DNA from: a virus | DNA: 34,642 bases | Direction: 5' to 3' (one strand) | IMG/VR virus record: IMGVR_UViG_3300025892_000006 | Part shown: piece by piece, positions 13,121-21,154 of the stretch | Layout: the number at the start of each line of letters is the position of its first letter | Numbering within the stretch: position 1 is the stretch's first letter | Translations under genes and position numbers: made by a program | The notes under the pieces: generated by a model | Database searches by the model: none | Told to the model about the DNA's origin: nothing | What the model saw: the letters and a program-made list of their open reading frames with translations, nothing else

Positions 13121-13175
13121 ATAATCCCTGGATAATCCCTGGATAGTCCTAGTATTGTCCTAGGATTGTCCTAGG
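13121..13175 (+). repeat. Five tandem 11-bp iterons upstream of the wHTH gene
   Basis: ATAATCCCTGG x2, ATAGTCCTAGT, ATTGTCCTAGG x2, head to tail with an 11-bp period. A TATAAT hexamer (13120-13125) overlaps the first unit. Confidence 0.85.
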
Positions 13176-13202
13176 ATAGTTTATACTTGACCTAAGATAT
13201 CT

Positions 13203-13643
13203 ATGAGATATACTTATTGTATGGAATATAAGATACCTGAGTCTATAGAGATAAAGAAGTTAAGGAATAAAGACCATAGACACTTTGTTGTGTTGCCGTT
13301 CAAAGCGATTATAGATAAGAAAGTATCTGCCGCCAATATAAGAACATTAGGTATATTAGCAGCGTACTGTAACAAACAAGGATTTAGTATTGTTGGCTTG
13401 AGGACAATGGCGAGTAAGTTACGAACAAGCTATCAGAATGTCTTTAACCAACTAAAGAAGTTAGAAGAGCTAGGATATGTAGAAAGTAGAAAGCGATCTG
13501 CCTATCCAGGCATCAGAGGTAACTTAAGACGAATTATATTTGATGACTCAATCAAATGGGATGATGTTAAAGGATATATGTTGGACAACGAAGATATTAA
13601 GCATATAGTAAAGGTAAATAAGATTAACAACTTTGAGGAGTAG
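13203..13643 (+). CDS. Winged-helix DNA-binding protein, candidate replication initiator or regulator
   Basis: 146 aa. The wHTH-like segment GLRTMASKLRTSYQNVFNQLKKLEELGYVES follows the iteron array. The start (13203 or 13221) is uncertain. Confidence 0.7.
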   Translation: MRYTYCMEYKIPESIEIKKLRNKDHRHFVVLPFKAIIDKKVSAANIRTLGILAAYCNKQGFSIVGLRTMASKLRTSYQNVFNQLKKLEELGYVESRKRSAYPGIRGNLRRIIFDDSIKWDDVKGYMLDNEDIKHIVKVNKINNFEE

Positions 13644-13645
13644 TT

Positions 13646-13930
13646 ATGATTGAATTTGCATTTGTTATGGTAATTAATTTAATGCCTGAGCCATTTTCTA
13701 AATGGGAGTATGTTGGAAATTTTAACTCGTGCCAAGAAGCGGTTTTGTATGTCAACTTACATTATCCAGATCCAAATAAAGTTGAAATGGAATATAAGTG
13801 TTTACAAAAAGAATATATTTCCCTACCAAAAGATACACAGATTATTAATAGAGACATGAAGCATGGATCTGTAAGATATTATGATTCGCATGATGTCTGT
13901 AAAGTAAAAAGGAATTGTACTGAAACTTAA
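13646..13930 (+). CDS. Hypothetical protein (94 aa)
   Basis: GAGGAG RBS. Starts 2 nt after the upstream stop. Confidence 0.65.
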   Translation: MIEFAFVMVINLMPEPFSKWEYVGNFNSCQEAVLYVNLHYPDPNKVEMEYKCLQKEYISLPKDTQIINRDMKHGSVRYYDSHDVCKVKRNCTET

Positions 13931-13943
13931 AGAGTTCTACCAT

Positions 13944-14174
13944 ATGATATGCGATGAGTTTAACGGAGGGGACAACTTAGAGTATAAGTGGACAAGAGCA
14001 GATGGGTATTGGAAAATGACTAAGGGGTTTTTCAATGGTGGTCGGTCAGTCTCTGTCCACTCCCTAGCACAAGCGTTGAGGTACGATAAGCAAGCGAAAG
14101 AGTTAAAGAAGAAGAAGAAGAAGAAGAAGCAACCCAAGAGTAAGAAAATTATTAATAAATACAAAGGAGATTAG
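13944..14174 (+). CDS. Hypothetical basic protein with a Lys8 tract
   Basis: 76-aa ORF containing in-frame (AAG)8. Confidence 0.6.
   Translation: MICDEFNGGDNLEYKWTRADGYWKMTKGFFNGGRSVSVHSLAQALRYDKQAKELKKKKKKKKQPKSKKIINKYKGD
14106..14129 (+). repeat. (AAG)8 trinucleotide microsatellite
   Basis: Eight perfect AAG units in the frame of ORF 13944..14174. Confidence 0.95.
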
Positions 14175-14175
14175 C

Positions 14176-14478
14176 GTGAGTGATTTTAAAGTACAAAAAT
14201 TAGTTGGACAGTATTTTCATACTTATAAATATAATGAGACAACTAACAGATTAGAAATAGAAAACCAAGGATGTATTGAAGGAAAAGCAACTGAAGAATA
14301 TTACATTTGCCAATTATTTAGCTTCATGGATGGAAGCGCAACTAATAGCAAGTTAGTTCACATAGAAGATATGAAAGATTGGAGATTTTATAAAACGAAT
14401 ACACTTATGAATGAAAAATATAGTAATTATCAACCAGACTACTTAGATAGATTATCAAGATTAAAGGAGACAGCATGA
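14176..14478 (+). CDS. Hypothetical protein (100 aa)
   Basis: GTG start with an AAAGGAGA RBS 6 nt upstream. Confidence 0.7.
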   Translation: MSDFKVQKLVGQYFHTYKYNETTNRLEIENQGCIEGKATEEYYICQLFSFMDGSATNSKLVHIEDMKDWRFYKTNTLMNEKYSNYQPDYLDRLSRLKETA

Positions 14479-14654
14479 GTGATTTAAAACCATTTCTAGT
14501 TAGACTAACACCAACCAGTGTTGATCTGCTAGGTAAGGCAGCAAAGGAACAGGAAAAGACTAAAGCTGGAATTATTAATGAAGCAATTATATTTTATTTA
14601 AGCAAAGGCAAAAACAAAGTGTCTGATATAAATAGTAGACTAAACAAGTTATGA
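14475..14654 (+). CDS. Ribbon-helix-helix (CopG/Arc-like) protein, 59 aa
   Basis: Hand translation gives MSDLKPFLVRLTPTSVDLLGKAAKEQEKTKAGIINEAIIFYLSKG.., a strand-helix-helix pattern. ATGA overlaps at both ends. Below the track cut-off. Confidence 0.6.
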   Translation: MSDLKPFLVRLTPTSVDLLGKAAKEQEKTKAGIINEAIIFYLSKGKNKVSDINSRLNKL

Positions 14655-15034
14655 AAAAAACTGTTCGGCTAGATTTACCTTACCCACCTAGTGTTAATAG
14701 TTATTGGAAAGCAAATGGACATAGAAGGTATATAAGTCCTGCTGGGGTAAAGTTTACCGAAGAGGTATCGTTTATTGTTAAAAATAAAAAACCGCAAACA
14801 TTTGGCGATAAACAAGTTGCCATAAGCGTAATGATTCATCCTAGATCTAAACGAAAGTTTGATTTAGACAACACCTTAAAAGCTATTTTAGATGCTTTAA
14901 TGAAAGCTGGCATGTATGATGATGATAGCCAGATTGAATATATCGAGATTGCTAGAGGGGAACACATCGATGGCGGTAAAGCTGTCGTACATTTATATGA
15001 TTATATAGGAGAAGAACATGGCTCAGGATTATGA
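14651..15034 (+). CDS. rusA: RusA Holliday junction resolvase
   Basis: Motifs PPSVNSYW, DLDNTLKAILDAL and YDDDSQI are typical of RusA. Confidence 0.88.
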   Translation: MKKTVRLDLPYPPSVNSYWKANGHRRYISPAGVKFTEEVSFIVKNKKPQTFGDKQVAISVMIHPRSKRKFDLDNTLKAILDALMKAGMYDDDSQIEYIEIARGEHIDGGKAVVHLYDYIGEEHGSGL

Positions 15035-15299
15035 AGTTAAACCAGGACAAGGATCAGTTTGGCCGAACGACCGCAAAACAGAAGATTGGCATGCAGATCA
15101 TAGAGGGAAAATATTATTACCTGATGGAAGTGAACACTACATCGATTTATGGAATAACGAAAAGGGTGGAAAGACTTGGATGGGGATCAAGATTGGTAAT
15201 CCTGTTCAGAACGCAGGTAGCCCCACACCAGTACAAAATAAAGCCCCAGCTAGTGCGCCTGAAAGTTTTTCAGAAATAGAAGATGACTTACCCTTTTAA
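15018..15299 (+). CDS. Small protein with an SSB-type acidic C-terminal tip (putative ssDNA-binding or SSB-mimic protein)
   Basis: 93 aa. The compact N-terminal domain (GSVWPND.....HADHRGKI..DG.....LW...KGG..WMGIKIG) is followed by a Pro/Ala/Ser linker and ends EIEDDLPF. Confidence 0.7.
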   Translation: MAQDYEVKPGQGSVWPNDRKTEDWHADHRGKILLPDGSEHYIDLWNNEKGGKTWMGIKIGNPVQNAGSPTPVQNKAPASAPESFSEIEDDLPF

Positions 15300-15715
15300 T
15301 GGCTGAAACTAAAAACAAAAACAAACCTATACCTAGTCTATCTGGGTATGGCGGTGTCCGAACGCTACAGAGAAATCTGGAGAAAAGCACGACACTCGCT
15401 GCAAACAGAGAGGCTGTTGCGTACAGCCTTCTTTGTATGGCAAACACTAAAATAACTGATGTTATGGAATGGGATGATAAAGGTAATGTTCAAGTTAAAG
15501 CAAGTAAAGATATTCCTGAGCATTCACTACAAGCTATTAAATCAATTAAAATTGATAAGGATGGTATGATAGCTGTAGAGTTTTGGGACAAGGTACAGGT
15601 ATTACGCTTACTTGCAAAAGCAAGTGGCTTACTTGATAACCCAGATGAATCCGATAAACCAAGTGTAATTGGTATTAATATTAAAGCACCAGAGGTAATA
15701 GATGACGAATCCTAA
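15299..15715 (+). CDS. terS: Terminase small subunit (Terminase_2-like)
   Basis: Lies upstream of terL. The C-terminal pattern IKSIKIDKDG.I.VEFWDKVQVLRLLAKASGLL resembles that of TerS. Confidence 0.6.
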   Translation: MAETKNKNKPIPSLSGYGGVRTLQRNLEKSTTLAANREAVAYSLLCMANTKITDVMEWDDKGNVQVKASKDIPEHSLQAIKSIKIDKDGMIAVEFWDKVQVLRLLAKASGLLDNPDESDKPSVIGINIKAPEVIDDES

Positions 15716-15935
15716 AGATACGCAAGTAGGTGGTAATCACTACACGCAAATGAAAATCCAGCCGATGCAGTTTTCTATGGCTAATAAATTAAATGCAATG
15801 CAACATACAATCATTAAGTATGTCACAAGGGTAGACCTAAAAGGTAATGGTGATGAGGATATAGATAAGGCAATACACACTTTACAACTTTGGAAGCAAT
15901 GGAGAAAAGAGCATGGACATCAAGCTACAGATTGA
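15702..15935 (+). CDS. DUF3310-like protein
   Basis: The pattern VGGNHY....IQP......N......IIKYVTR...KG...DIDKAIH matches my recollection of DUF3310. Confidence 0.65.
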   Translation: MTNPKDTQVGGNHYTQMKIQPMQFSMANKLNAMQHTIIKYVTRVDLKGNGDEDIDKAIHTLQLWKQWRKEHGHQATD

Positions 15936-16074
15936 TCAACTGCGTAAAGAGTTTGAGATGGCAAATCAAAACAACTCAAGGGTTATGGAAGTTATTGATA
16001 TTTTGTATACAGAGAATCAAGAACTCAAGCGTATGCTGACAATGAAGTTCAAAGACATAGACGATGAGCAATAA
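15913..16074 (+). CDS. 53-aa coiled-coil-like ORF
   Basis: Hand translation gives MDIKLQIDQLRKEFEMANQNNSRVMEVIDILYTENQELKRMLTMKFKDIDDEQ. It fills the gap and overlaps the terL start. Confidence 0.45.
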   Translation: MDIKLQIDQLRKEFEMANQNNSRVMEVIDILYTENQELKRMLTMKFKDIDDEQ

Positions 16075-17617
16075 GAAAGTCCGTAGTGCCAAAACTCTTG
16101 CTGGCCCAGGAATTGATTTAGATTTTACTGGAGCTAGAACAACTTACGATTTCTTACAGGATAATTCATTTGTGCGTGGACTCATGGGGCCAGTAGGTAG
16201 TGGTAAGTCTTACGCTTGTGCTGCTGAAATTATGATGCGTGCTGTCAGGCAGAAACCATCACCACATGACAATGTTCGTTACACGAGATTTGTTATCGTT
16301 CGTAACTCATATCCTGAACTAAAAACAACAACAATTAAAACATGGCAAGAGATATTTCCTGAAAATACTTTTGGGCCAATGTTATATACACCACCAATAA
16401 CACATCATATTAGATTGCCTAAGCGTGGTGATGCATGTGGAATAGACTGTGAGGTTATATTCCTAGCACTTGATCAACCAAAGGATGTACGCAAACTACT
16501 ATCCTTAGAACTTACAGGAGCGTGGGTAAATGAAGCTAGAGAACTTCCTAAAGCAGTTATTGACGGCCTTACTCATCGTGTGGGTAGGTATCCTACTAAG
16601 CGTGATGGTGGCCCTACATGGCATGGAGTCTGGATGGACACTAACCCAATGGATGACGACCACTGGTGGTACAGACTGTCAGAAAAAGACAAGCTGTCAG
16701 GAAAGTTTGCTTGGCAATTTTTTAAACAACCAGGCGGTGTGGTCGAAGTCCAGCCTGAAGATTTACCAGAAAATCCAGAAGCCAACGATCATGTTTTCTC
16801 AGGAGGAAGATGGTGGACACTTAATAGAAAAGCAGAAAATGTAAATAACTTACCTAGTGGTTACTATATGCAAATGCTAGGCGGTAAAAACCTAGATTGG
16901 ATACGCTGTTATGCTGAAGGTAAATACACTTATGTACAAGAAGGCAGACCAGTATGGCCTGAGTACAATGATCAAATGATGAGTGGCGAAGTAGAATATG
17001 ATCCACAACTACCTATTCATGTTGGACTTGACTTTGGTTTAACACCTGCCGCAGCAATTGGACAAAGATTAAACAATGGTCGATGGGTTATCTTGCATGA
17101 AATAGTGACAGAAGATATGGGACTAGAAAGATTTGGTAATCAGTTGTTAGCAGAACTGAATGCCAAGTATCCTAAAGCACAAGTATTAATATGGGGCGAT
17201 CCTGCGGGTATGCAACGAGATGCAATCTATGAAGTAACGGCATTTGATTATTTACGAACATTAGGATTGCGTGCGCAACCCACTGCATCTAATAACTTTA
17301 AGGTTAGGCGAGAGGGAGCAGCTGCGCCAATGCAAAGATTAATTAATGGAAAACCTGGCTTGATTGTGGATAAATCATGTAAGATGATAAGAAAGTCATT
17401 AGCAGGTGGCTATCATTTTAAGCGTATTGCTGTCGGTGCAGGACATGAAAGGTTTAAAGATAGTCCAAATAAAAACGAACACTCACACATTGGTGATGCT
17501 TTTGGTTATTTAATGTTAGGTGGGGGCGAGCATAAACGAATGACTAAGAACAGTTTAGCAGCTAATACGATGATTGTGCAGACTGTTGCGACAGCAGAGT
17601 TTGATGTATTTAAGTAA
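16064..17617 (+). CDS. terL: Terminase large subunit
   Basis: 517 aa. Walker A motif GPVGSGKS, an ATPase domain followed by a nuclease domain, and placement between terS and the portal gene. Confidence 0.92.
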   Translation: MSNKKVRSAKTLAGPGIDLDFTGARTTYDFLQDNSFVRGLMGPVGSGKSYACAAEIMMRAVRQKPSPHDNVRYTRFVIVRNSYPELKTTTIKTWQEIFPENTFGPMLYTPPITHHIRLPKRGDACGIDCEVIFLALDQPKDVRKLLSLELTGAWVNEARELPKAVIDGLTHRVGRYPTKRDGGPTWHGVWMDTNPMDDDHWWYRLSEKDKLSGKFAWQFFKQPGGVVEVQPEDLPENPEANDHVFSGGRWWTLNRKAENVNNLPSGYYMQMLGGKNLDWIRCYAEGKYTYVQEGRPVWPEYNDQMMSGEVEYDPQLPIHVGLDFGLTPAAAIGQRLNNGRWVILHEIVTEDMGLERFGNQLLAELNAKYPKAQVLIWGDPAGMQRDAIYEVTAFDYLRTLGLRAQPTASNNFKVRREGAAAPMQRLINGKPGLIVDKSCKMIRKSLAGGYHFKRIAVGAGHERFKDSPNKNEHSHIGDAFGYLMLGGGEHKRMTKNSLAANTMIVQTVATAEFDVFK

Positions 17618-18098
17618 GACAGTAGAAATATTAAAAGAAATGCCAGTAGTAAAGGGAGCTTATTTTTTACCATTTCATATTGATCATATTAAAAACTTTG
17701 AGTGGGACATAAAGTATGAATCGCCTAAATCAATTACGCTTAAAGATAGAATCCGCCACTTGGACATACAGTCTCAATGTGGCCCTAGTATTACTGCATT
17801 CGTTGGCGATACTCCTGTTGCTGTGTTTGGGTGTTTTGTCATGTGGCATGGTGTTGCTGAAGCGTGGTCTATATTTTCAGAGAAAGCTAGACGATATCCA
17901 ATAGCTATGACTAAAAGTGCTATATCATTCTTTGATACCTGTGAGATATCATTTAGTTTACATCGTCTACAAATAACAGTAAACTCTAACGATAAGCGAG
18001 CTTTGTCTTGGGCAAAATATTTAAAGTTTGAATCAGAAGGTTTGATGAAACAATATAGTGCTGACAAAGATGATACATTTATAATGAGGAGAAAGTAA
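17604..18098 (+). CDS. Hypothetical protein with a GNAT-like C-terminal pattern
   Basis: LHRLQITVNSNDKRALSWAKYLKFESEGLM resembles the end of a GNAT fold. No clear acetyl-CoA motif. The start is ambiguous (17574, 17604 or 17640). Confidence 0.55.
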   Translation: MYLSKTVEILKEMPVVKGAYFLPFHIDHIKNFEWDIKYESPKSITLKDRIRHLDIQSQCGPSITAFVGDTPVAVFGCFVMWHGVAEAWSIFSEKARRYPIAMTKSAISFFDTCEISFSLHRLQITVNSNDKRALSWAKYLKFESEGLMKQYSADKDDTFIMRRK

Positions 18099-18340
18099 TG
18101 GGTGGTATTATGGGTGGCGCACCAAAGCCAGATACATCAGCAGCAGAAGAATCTTTAAGAATGTCTAGGGAACAAACTGCTAAAGCAACAAAAGAAGCAG
18201 AAGAAGAAAGAAGAGAAAGAGGAGAAACAATGGCTTCTAAAAAACGAGCATTAACTCGTGGTGGTTCTCGTATGTTATTAGCAGATCGTCTAACACCTGA
18301 AACAGGAATAGATGATGAATATAAAAAGACTTTAGGTTAG
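18098..18340 (+). CDS. Small charged virion-region protein (80 aa)
   Basis: TAATG coupling. Gly-rich N-terminus and a Lys/Arg/Glu-rich body. Confidence 0.7.
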   Translation: MGGIMGGAPKPDTSAAEESLRMSREQTAKATKEAEEERRERGETMASKKRALTRGGSRMLLADRLTPETGIDDEYKKTLG

Positions 18341-18344
18341 AACG

Positions 18345-18908
18345 ATGGCATTAGATTTTGGAATGGCATTATCTAAAGGATTAGTTGCTCCACAAAAAGA
18401 ATTACAAGAAGAGCTACGAAAGCTTGCTGGCGATCAGTTTAAATCAGAGGATTGGTGGAACAAACAACTTGATCGACAAATCAAAGAAGGCATTACAGAA
18501 AAGAAAACCAAAACACAATACCTTGCTAGGTCAGGCAATTATAGCTTTTTTGCTGGTGGTGGTCAGCCATATTGGGTAGATGGTACAGGTCAAGGAGCTA
18601 CAGGTATGTATGGATCTGGGCCTATTCCTTATAGGCAAGGTATGTATGGTCCTATACGAACTAGACAAGTTGATTATCAAGAGCAAAGAGATTTAGATGT
18701 TGGCGAACTTAAATCAATTGAATCTCAAGCAAAAGAAAGAACAAGGCTGTCAAAAAGAGCTACTGCACAAAGTAAAAAAGGTAAGCGTACCGCAAGAGGT
18801 AGTAGTGGTCTGATGGGAAGATCAACAAGGAAAGATGAAGGATTAGCAACAGGGTTACCAGCACTTGGTAGTTTAGGTCTTGGTATTGGCAAAACAAAAT
18901 TAGGATAA
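18345..18908 (+). CDS. Hypothetical basic protein (187 aa)
   Basis: Long ORF in the packaging/head region. Its basic C-terminus ends KTKLG, like the KKTLG end of the upstream protein. Confidence 0.7.
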   Translation: MALDFGMALSKGLVAPQKELQEELRKLAGDQFKSEDWWNKQLDRQIKEGITEKKTKTQYLARSGNYSFFAGGGQPYWVDGTGQGATGMYGSGPIPYRQGMYGPIRTRQVDYQEQRDLDVGELKSIESQAKERTRLSKRATAQSKKGKRTARGSSGLMGRSTRKDEGLATGLPALGSLGLGIGKTKLG

Positions 18909-18911
18909 ACA

Positions 18912-19145
18912 ATGGCAGAAGATAAAAAATCAAAAACAGCACAAAGAATGGAAGCGGCTACAAAAGCAGGATTAAAAAATCCAATATCAGCTGCTGCAAC
19001 TAGAATGCTTGATAGGGCATTTAGTGGAGATACTGCTTCAGGAAAAAAGCAATATGATAAATTTTATGAAGAAGCTAAGAAAGCTAAATCTCTAGCAGAG
19101 TTTAGAAAGAAAATTAAAAAGTTAATGACAAAGGAGAAAAAGTAA
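18912..19145 (+). CDS. Lys-rich small protein (77 aa)
   Basis: ORF with a TAATG overlap to the next ORF. Confidence 0.7.
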   Translation: MAEDKKSKTAQRMEAATKAGLKNPISAAATRMLDRAFSGDTASGKKQYDKFYEEAKKAKSLAEFRKKIKKLMTKEKK

Positions 19146-19285
19146 TGCCTAAAGGTTTATATGCAAATATGAATGCAAGAAAGAAAAAAGGGATTAGTCG
19201 TCCTAAATCTAAATCTACTATATCAGACAAAGCATATAAAAACATGTTAGCTGGCTTTCCTAAGAAGAAAAAGAAAATAGCATAA
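19145..19285 (+). CDS. Very basic 46-aa protein
   Basis: Hand translation gives MPKGLYANMNARKKKGISRPKSKSTISDKAYKNMLAGFPKKKKKIA. TAATG overlaps at both ends. Below the track cut-off. Confidence 0.5.
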   Translation: MPKGLYANMNARKKKGISRPKSKSTISDKAYKNMLAGFPKKKKKIA

Positions 19286-19557
19286 TGGTAGCAGAGAAAT
19301 ATCAAAATCCAAAGGGAGGATTAAATGAAGCAGGTCGTAAACATTTTAAAAGAACTGAAGGTTCAAATCTTAAACGCCCCCAAGGGTCTGGGACTGATAG
19401 CAGGCGCGTGTCTTTTGCTGCTCGTTTTGGCGGTATGGATGGGCCACTAAAAGATTCAAAAGGCAGACCAACAAGATTAAAACTTGCATTAAAGAAGTGG
19501 GGTTTTGGCAGTAAAGAAGCCGCTCGTAATTTTGCAGCTAAAAATAAAAAGGCATAA
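19285..19557 (+). CDS. Conserved basic small protein (90 aa)
   Basis: The pattern GGLNEAGRKHFKRTEGSNLKRP...RRVSFAARFGGM.GP.KD.KG.PTRL.LALKKWGF resembles a recurrent phage family (recollection). Confidence 0.7.
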   Translation: MVAEKYQNPKGGLNEAGRKHFKRTEGSNLKRPQGSGTDSRRVSFAARFGGMDGPLKDSKGRPTRLKLALKKWGFGSKEAARNFAAKNKKA

Positions 19558-19559
19558 CT

Positions 19560-21152
19560 ATGGCAATGATGAGATTAGATGCAAAGCAAGTATTAGCTAG
19601 GCATGATAAAGCACTAACTAAAAAAGAAGATTTTAGAAGTCTTTATGATGAAGCTTACGAGTTTGCATTACCACAAAGAAATTTATACGATGGCTACTAT
19701 AATGGTGGCGTACAAGGTCAAAAGAAAATGAATCGTGTGTTTGATTCTACTGCAATCAACTCTACACAACGATTTGCAAATAGAATGCAATCAGGCATAT
19801 TTCCACCACAAAGAAAGTGGTGTCGACTAGAGCCTGGTTCAGATATACCACAAGACAGAAAAGCAGAAGCACAAGCTGCATTAGATGCGTATGGCGATAA
19901 GTTATTTGATACATTAAAACAATCTAACTTTGATATTGCTATTGGTGAGTTCTTATTAGACCTATGCGTAGGTACAGCAGTTATGCTAGTGCAACCAGGA
20001 GACGATACAAATCCTATAAACTTTATTTCTGTACCACAATTTTTAGTTGCATTTGATGAGGGTGCTAATGGTCAAGTAGATAATGTCTATAGAAGAATGA
20101 AGTTAAAAGCAGAGTCTATACAAAGACAGTGGCCTGATGCAGAACTTCCAGCAGAGCTAAAAAATCTAATAGATCAAAAACCAACAGAAGAAGTTGAGTT
20201 AGTTGAAGCAACTATATTCGATCCTGAGCGTGGTGACTATTGTTATCATGTAATTGACAAAAGAAGTAAGACAGAATTAGTGTATAGAAGAATGGATAAT
20301 ACACCTTGGATTGTTTCTCGTTATGCAAAAGTTGCAGGAGAAACATATGGCAGAGGCCCACTTATTACTGCTATGCCTGACATTAAAACACTCAATAAAA
20401 CATTAGAGTTAGTATTAAAGAATGCTTCATTATCTATTAGTGGTGTTTATACTGCGGCAGATGATGGTGTATTAAATCCAAACACAGTTAAGATTATGCC
20501 TGGTGCTATTATTCCTGTAGCTAGAAATGGTGGCCCACAAGGTGAATCATTAAGACCATTACCAAGAGCTGGTGACTTTAATGTATCACAAATTGTTATG
20601 GATGATTTAAGAGGTAACATCAAGCGTACATTACTAGATGAATCATTACCACCAGATAATATGTCAGCACGATCAGCAACAGAAGTTGTAGAGCGTATGA
20701 AAGAATTATCACAGAATTTAGGTTCTGCATTTGGTCGTTTAATTAACGAAACAATGATTCCTGTTGTAAAGCGTATGCTACAAGTAATGGATGAAAAAGG
20801 TTTGATTGCATTACCATTAAAAGTAAATGGATTAGAAATAAAAGTATCACCTGTTGCGCCATTAGCAATGGCACAGAATATGGAAGAAGTGCAACAAGTA
20901 TTACAGTATGCACAGATTGCACAAGGTGCTGGGCCTGAAGGCGCAGTTAATATTAAGGTAGATGAAATGATGGATTACATTGCTGAGAAGTTAGGCGTAC
21001 CACAAAAGCTTAGACCAACACCTCAAGAGCGCATGATGATGAAACAACAAATGCAACAAGCTGCACAACAACAACAAATGATGCAGATGGCAGCAGAAAA
21101 TCCTGAAGCAACTGCACAAGTAGTAGAAGCAGCAACACAACAACAAGGATAA
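19560..21152 (+). CDS. Portal (head-to-tail connector) protein
   Basis: 530 aa, placed after terL and before the scaffold and capsid genes. The N-terminus resembles podovirus connectors. Gln-rich C-terminus. Confidence 0.88.
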   Translation: MAMMRLDAKQVLARHDKALTKKEDFRSLYDEAYEFALPQRNLYDGYYNGGVQGQKKMNRVFDSTAINSTQRFANRMQSGIFPPQRKWCRLEPGSDIPQDRKAEAQAALDAYGDKLFDTLKQSNFDIAIGEFLLDLCVGTAVMLVQPGDDTNPINFISVPQFLVAFDEGANGQVDNVYRRMKLKAESIQRQWPDAELPAELKNLIDQKPTEEVELVEATIFDPERGDYCYHVIDKRSKTELVYRRMDNTPWIVSRYAKVAGETYGRGPLITAMPDIKTLNKTLELVLKNASLSISGVYTAADDGVLNPNTVKIMPGAIIPVARNGGPQGESLRPLPRAGDFNVSQIVMDDLRGNIKRTLLDESLPPDNMSARSATEVVERMKELSQNLGSAFGRLINETMIPVVKRMLQVMDEKGLIALPLKVNGLEIKVSPVAPLAMAQNMEEVQQVLQYAQIAQGAGPEGAVNIKVDEMMDYIAEKLGVPQKLRPTPQERMMMKQQMQQAAQQQQMMQMAAENPEATAQVVEAATQQQG

Positions 21153-21154
21153 TT

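Noticed and set aside
12453-13175. CRISPR-like array, given the short regularly spaced repeats
   Set aside because: The repeat units are only 7-11 bp, with spacings of 0-15 bp. That is far below CRISPR repeat and spacer sizes. DnaA boxes and iterons explain them.
13937-14164. 75-aa - strand ORF with a Phe run
   Set aside because: It is antisense to ORF 13944..14174, and the Phe run is just the complement of (AAG)8.
15031-15279. 82-aa ORF in an alternative + frame
   Set aside because: It lies entirely inside 15018..15299, whose frame yields a coherent domain, linker and DDLPF tail, and which is coupled to the rusA and terS boundaries.
16530-16844. Internal alternative-frame and antisense ORFs within terL. 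Similar ORFs occur at 16573..16785, 17716..17904, 17774..18067, 18385..18579, 18760..18942 and 19114..19305.
   Set aside because: All are embedded in longer ORFs that have recognisable motifs or operon coupling. None has an RBS.
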